Below, piece after piece: positions 1 through 6,322 of a stretch of DNA of 6,322 nucleotides. A program made the translations under genes and the position numbers. Where the stretch lies: assembly GCA_022560555.1 (NCBI GenBank), contig JADFSZ010000105.1, positions 1-6,322 of the forward strand. Reading direction: 5' to 3'. Source of the stretch: PVC group bacterium. Lineage in GTDB: Bacteria > GCA-001730085 > JADFSZ01. The number at the start of each line of letters is the position of its first letter. Positions within the stretch are counted from its first letter, which is position 1. The notes under the pieces were generated by a model. It ran no database searches, was not told where the DNA came from, and saw only the letters and a program-made list of their open reading frames with translations.

Positions 1-355
1 ACACTGTTTCCGATTGCGGTTCCACACCGCTAACGGCGTCAAACACGGCGACAGCCCCATCTAAAATTCGCAGTGAACGCTCCACTTCAACGGTAAAATC
101 TACGTGTCCCGGGGTGTCAATAATGTTAATTTGGTGGTCCCGCCAAAAACATGTGGTTGCGGCTGATGTAATGGTAATGCCGCGTTCCTGCTCTTGCTCC
201 ATCCAATCCATCGTGGCAGCCCCATCATGAACTTCACCCATTTTATGTGATTTTCCGGTGTAGTACAAAATACGTTCTGTCGTTGTTGTTTTACCGGCAT
301 CAATATGCGCCATAATCCCGATATTACGTATTTTTGCTAATTCATTCTCTGCCAT
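1..355 (-). CDS. fusA: Elongation factor G (EF-G), N-terminal 118 codons; the 3' part of the gene lies beyond the left window edge
   Basis: I translated the minus strand by hand from ATG at 355-353. It reads [118 protein letters not shown] with no stop down to position 2. It contains the translational GTPase motifs G1 AHIDAGKT (287-310), G2 RGITI (170-184) and G3 DTPGH (104-118). It closely resembles the EF-G N-terminus of E. coli as I recall it. It is absent from the ORF track only because it has no in-window stop. Its position after rpsL-rpsG matches the str operon. Confidence 0.95.
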   Translation of the reverse strand, partial: MAENELAKIRNIGIMAHIDAGKTTTTERILYYTGKSHKMGEVHDGAATMDWMEQEQERGITITSAATTCFWRDHQINIIDTPGHVDFTVEVERSLRILDGAVAVFDAVSGVEPQSETV

Positions 356-362
356 TTCTCTA

Positions 363-368
363 CCCTTT
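363..368 (-). promoter_or_regulatory. Putative weak Shine-Dalgarno for fusA (AAAGGG, 7 nt before ATG)
   Basis: The minus strand reads TGAAAGGGTAGAGAA-ATG. This is only a partial match to the anti-SD complement. Confidence 0.35.
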
Positions 369-400
369 CAAAAACATTCCCGTCCTTTTTCGAAGATGGT

Positions 401-874
401 TTACCATCGATAATGCGCGAAAGCCTTATTGGCCTCTGCCATTTTGTGTGTGTCCTCACGTTTCTTAAACGCCGCTCCTGTCTGATTGTAAGCATCCATC
501 AATTCTTGAGCGAATTTTTCTTTCATGGGTTTCCCTTTTCTCCCACGTGAATAAGATATGATCCAACGGAGCGCCAAACTTGTGCGTCTATCCGGACGTA
601 CTTCCACGGGAATCTGATATGTGGCTCCGCCCACGCGACGGGAGCGAACTTCTAAAATCGGCTTAACATTATTCACGGCTTTTTCAAAATATTCAAGGAC
701 ATTGCTTGTCTTTGTTTTTTCCTTAATGGTATCCATCGCGCCATAAACAATACTTTCGGCTATTGTTTTCTTCCCGCACTGCATAATCATACCGACCGTG
801 CGCATTACCAGCTCGCTTGAATACAAGGGATCCGGCAACACGTGACGTTTGGGAGCTCTTCGTCTTCTTGACAT
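401..874 (-). CDS. rpsG: 30S ribosomal protein S7
   Basis: 157-aa ORF running from ATG to TAA. It has the hallmark S7 sequence: [16 protein letters not shown]..., ...[26 protein letters not shown]..., and the C-terminal [21 protein letters not shown]. It sits in the canonical position between rpsL and fusA. Confidence 0.98.
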   Translation of the reverse strand: MSRRRRAPKRHVLPDPLYSSELVMRTVGMIMQCGKKTIAESIVYGAMDTIKEKTKTSNVLEYFEKAVNNVKPILEVRSRRVGGATYQIPVEVRPDRRTSLALRWIISYSRGRKGKPMKEKFAQELMDAYNQTGAAFKKREDTHKMAEANKAFAHYRW

Positions 875-884
875 GTTAGAATTT

Positions 885-889
885 CCTCC
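885..889 (-). promoter_or_regulatory. Shine-Dalgarno for rpsG (GGAGG)
   Basis: The minus strand reads ACGGAGGAAATTCTAAC-ATG. The GGAGG core lies 10 nt upstream of the ATG at 874. Confidence 0.6.
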
Positions 890-917
890 GTTTTAAGTCT
901 CTTCGCTTCATCAGGGT

Positions 918-1295
918 TTATTTTTCCTTAGGCATTTTGGCGCCATACATAGATCTTGACTGCCGTCGATTGGCGACTCCGGCCGTATCCAGCGTTCCAC
1001 GAACAATATGATAACGAACCCCAGGCAAATCTTTCACGCGCCCCCCCCGAACAAGAACGATGGAGTGCTCTTGCAAGTTGTGCCCTTCACCCGGTATATA
1101 GGCCGTTATTTCAATACCACTGGACAATTTTACGCGAGCAATTTTCCTCATCGCGGAATTGGGTTTTTTGGGCGTCCGTGTTTTTACCTGAGTACAAACA
1201 CCTCGCCGTTGCGGACACTTAAAGAGGGCAGGGCTCTTCGATTTTGAAGCAGCTCTTTTTCGACCATGTCGAATTAATTGACTAATTGTCGGCAT
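918..1295 (-). CDS. rpsL: 30S ribosomal protein S12
   Basis: 125-aa ORF running from ATG to TAA. It has hallmark S12 sequence: MPTISQLIR..., [43 protein letters not shown]. The lysines of the KKPNSA and RVKDLPG motifs, where streptomycin-resistance substitutions occur in model organisms, are wild-type here. The Asp of VKDLPG, the RimO methylthiolation site in E. coli, is present. Confidence 0.98.
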   Translation of the reverse strand: MPTISQLIRHGRKRAASKSKSPALFKCPQRRGVCTQVKTRTPKKPNSAMRKIARVKLSSGIEITAYIPGEGHNLQEHSIVLVRGGRVKDLPGVRYHIVRGTLDTAGVANRRQSRSMYGAKMPKEK

Positions 1296-1302
1296 ATTTT
1301 AT

Positions 1303-1308
1303 TCTCCT
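1303..1308 (-). promoter_or_regulatory. Shine-Dalgarno for rpsL (AGGAGA), directly abutting the rpoC stop codon
   Basis: The minus strand reads TGA-AGGAGA-ATAAAAT-ATG. The rpoC TGA is at 1309-1311. The SD lies 7 nt before the rpsL ATG at 1295. Confidence 0.75.

Positions 1309-6322
<5,014 letters not shown>

Noticed and set aside
100-303. 67-aa minus-strand ORF from the track ([12 protein letters not shown]...)
   Set aside because: It lies entirely inside the fusA coding region in a different frame: fusA codons start at positions congruent to 1 mod 3, this ORF at 0 mod 3. The peptide has no recognisable motifs. EF-G motifs fully explain this DNA.
367-394. Imperfect hairpin in the rpsG-fusA spacer (TTCGAAAAA ... 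TTTTTGAA with an 11-nt loop)
   Set aside because: The stem is almost entirely A-U with a bulge and would be very weak. It is not followed by a U-tract. It is not credible as a terminator or attenuator from sequence alone.
956-1247. Plus-strand ORFs 956-1222 and 1008-1247, antisense to rpsL
   Set aside because: For the same reason: these are shadow ORFs opposite a conserved ribosomal protein gene, with no independent support.

Overview
The whole window is one co-directional, minus-strand block of five universally conserved transcription and translation genes. In transcription order they are rpoB (last 321 codons, ORF open to the right edge), rpoC (complete), rpsL (S12), rpsG (S7) and fusA (first 118 codons, running off the left edge). 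Only 101 nt are non-coding, in spacers of 13, 43 and 45 nt, and rpoB and rpoC overlap. I see no tRNA, rRNA, CRISPR array, mobile element, long repeat, toxin/defence-like gene or orphan ORF with credible coding signal. Every other ORF in the six-frame track lies antisense or out of frame inside these conserved genes. TGA and TAA both act as stops and Trp is TGG, so the standard bacterial code applies. My honest conclusion is that this is an ordinary core-genome region and I cannot support a novel biological system here. The findings are modest organisational and lineage-specific details. They are an rpoB/rpoC overlap with an embedded Shine-Dalgarno (SD), a direct rpoC-rpsL junction, an SI3-like insertion in the beta-prime trigger loop, a G8 tract in rpsL and a divergent beta C-terminus. 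The organism cannot be identified by eye. The proteins are clearly bacterial but differ from the model-organism sequences I recall.
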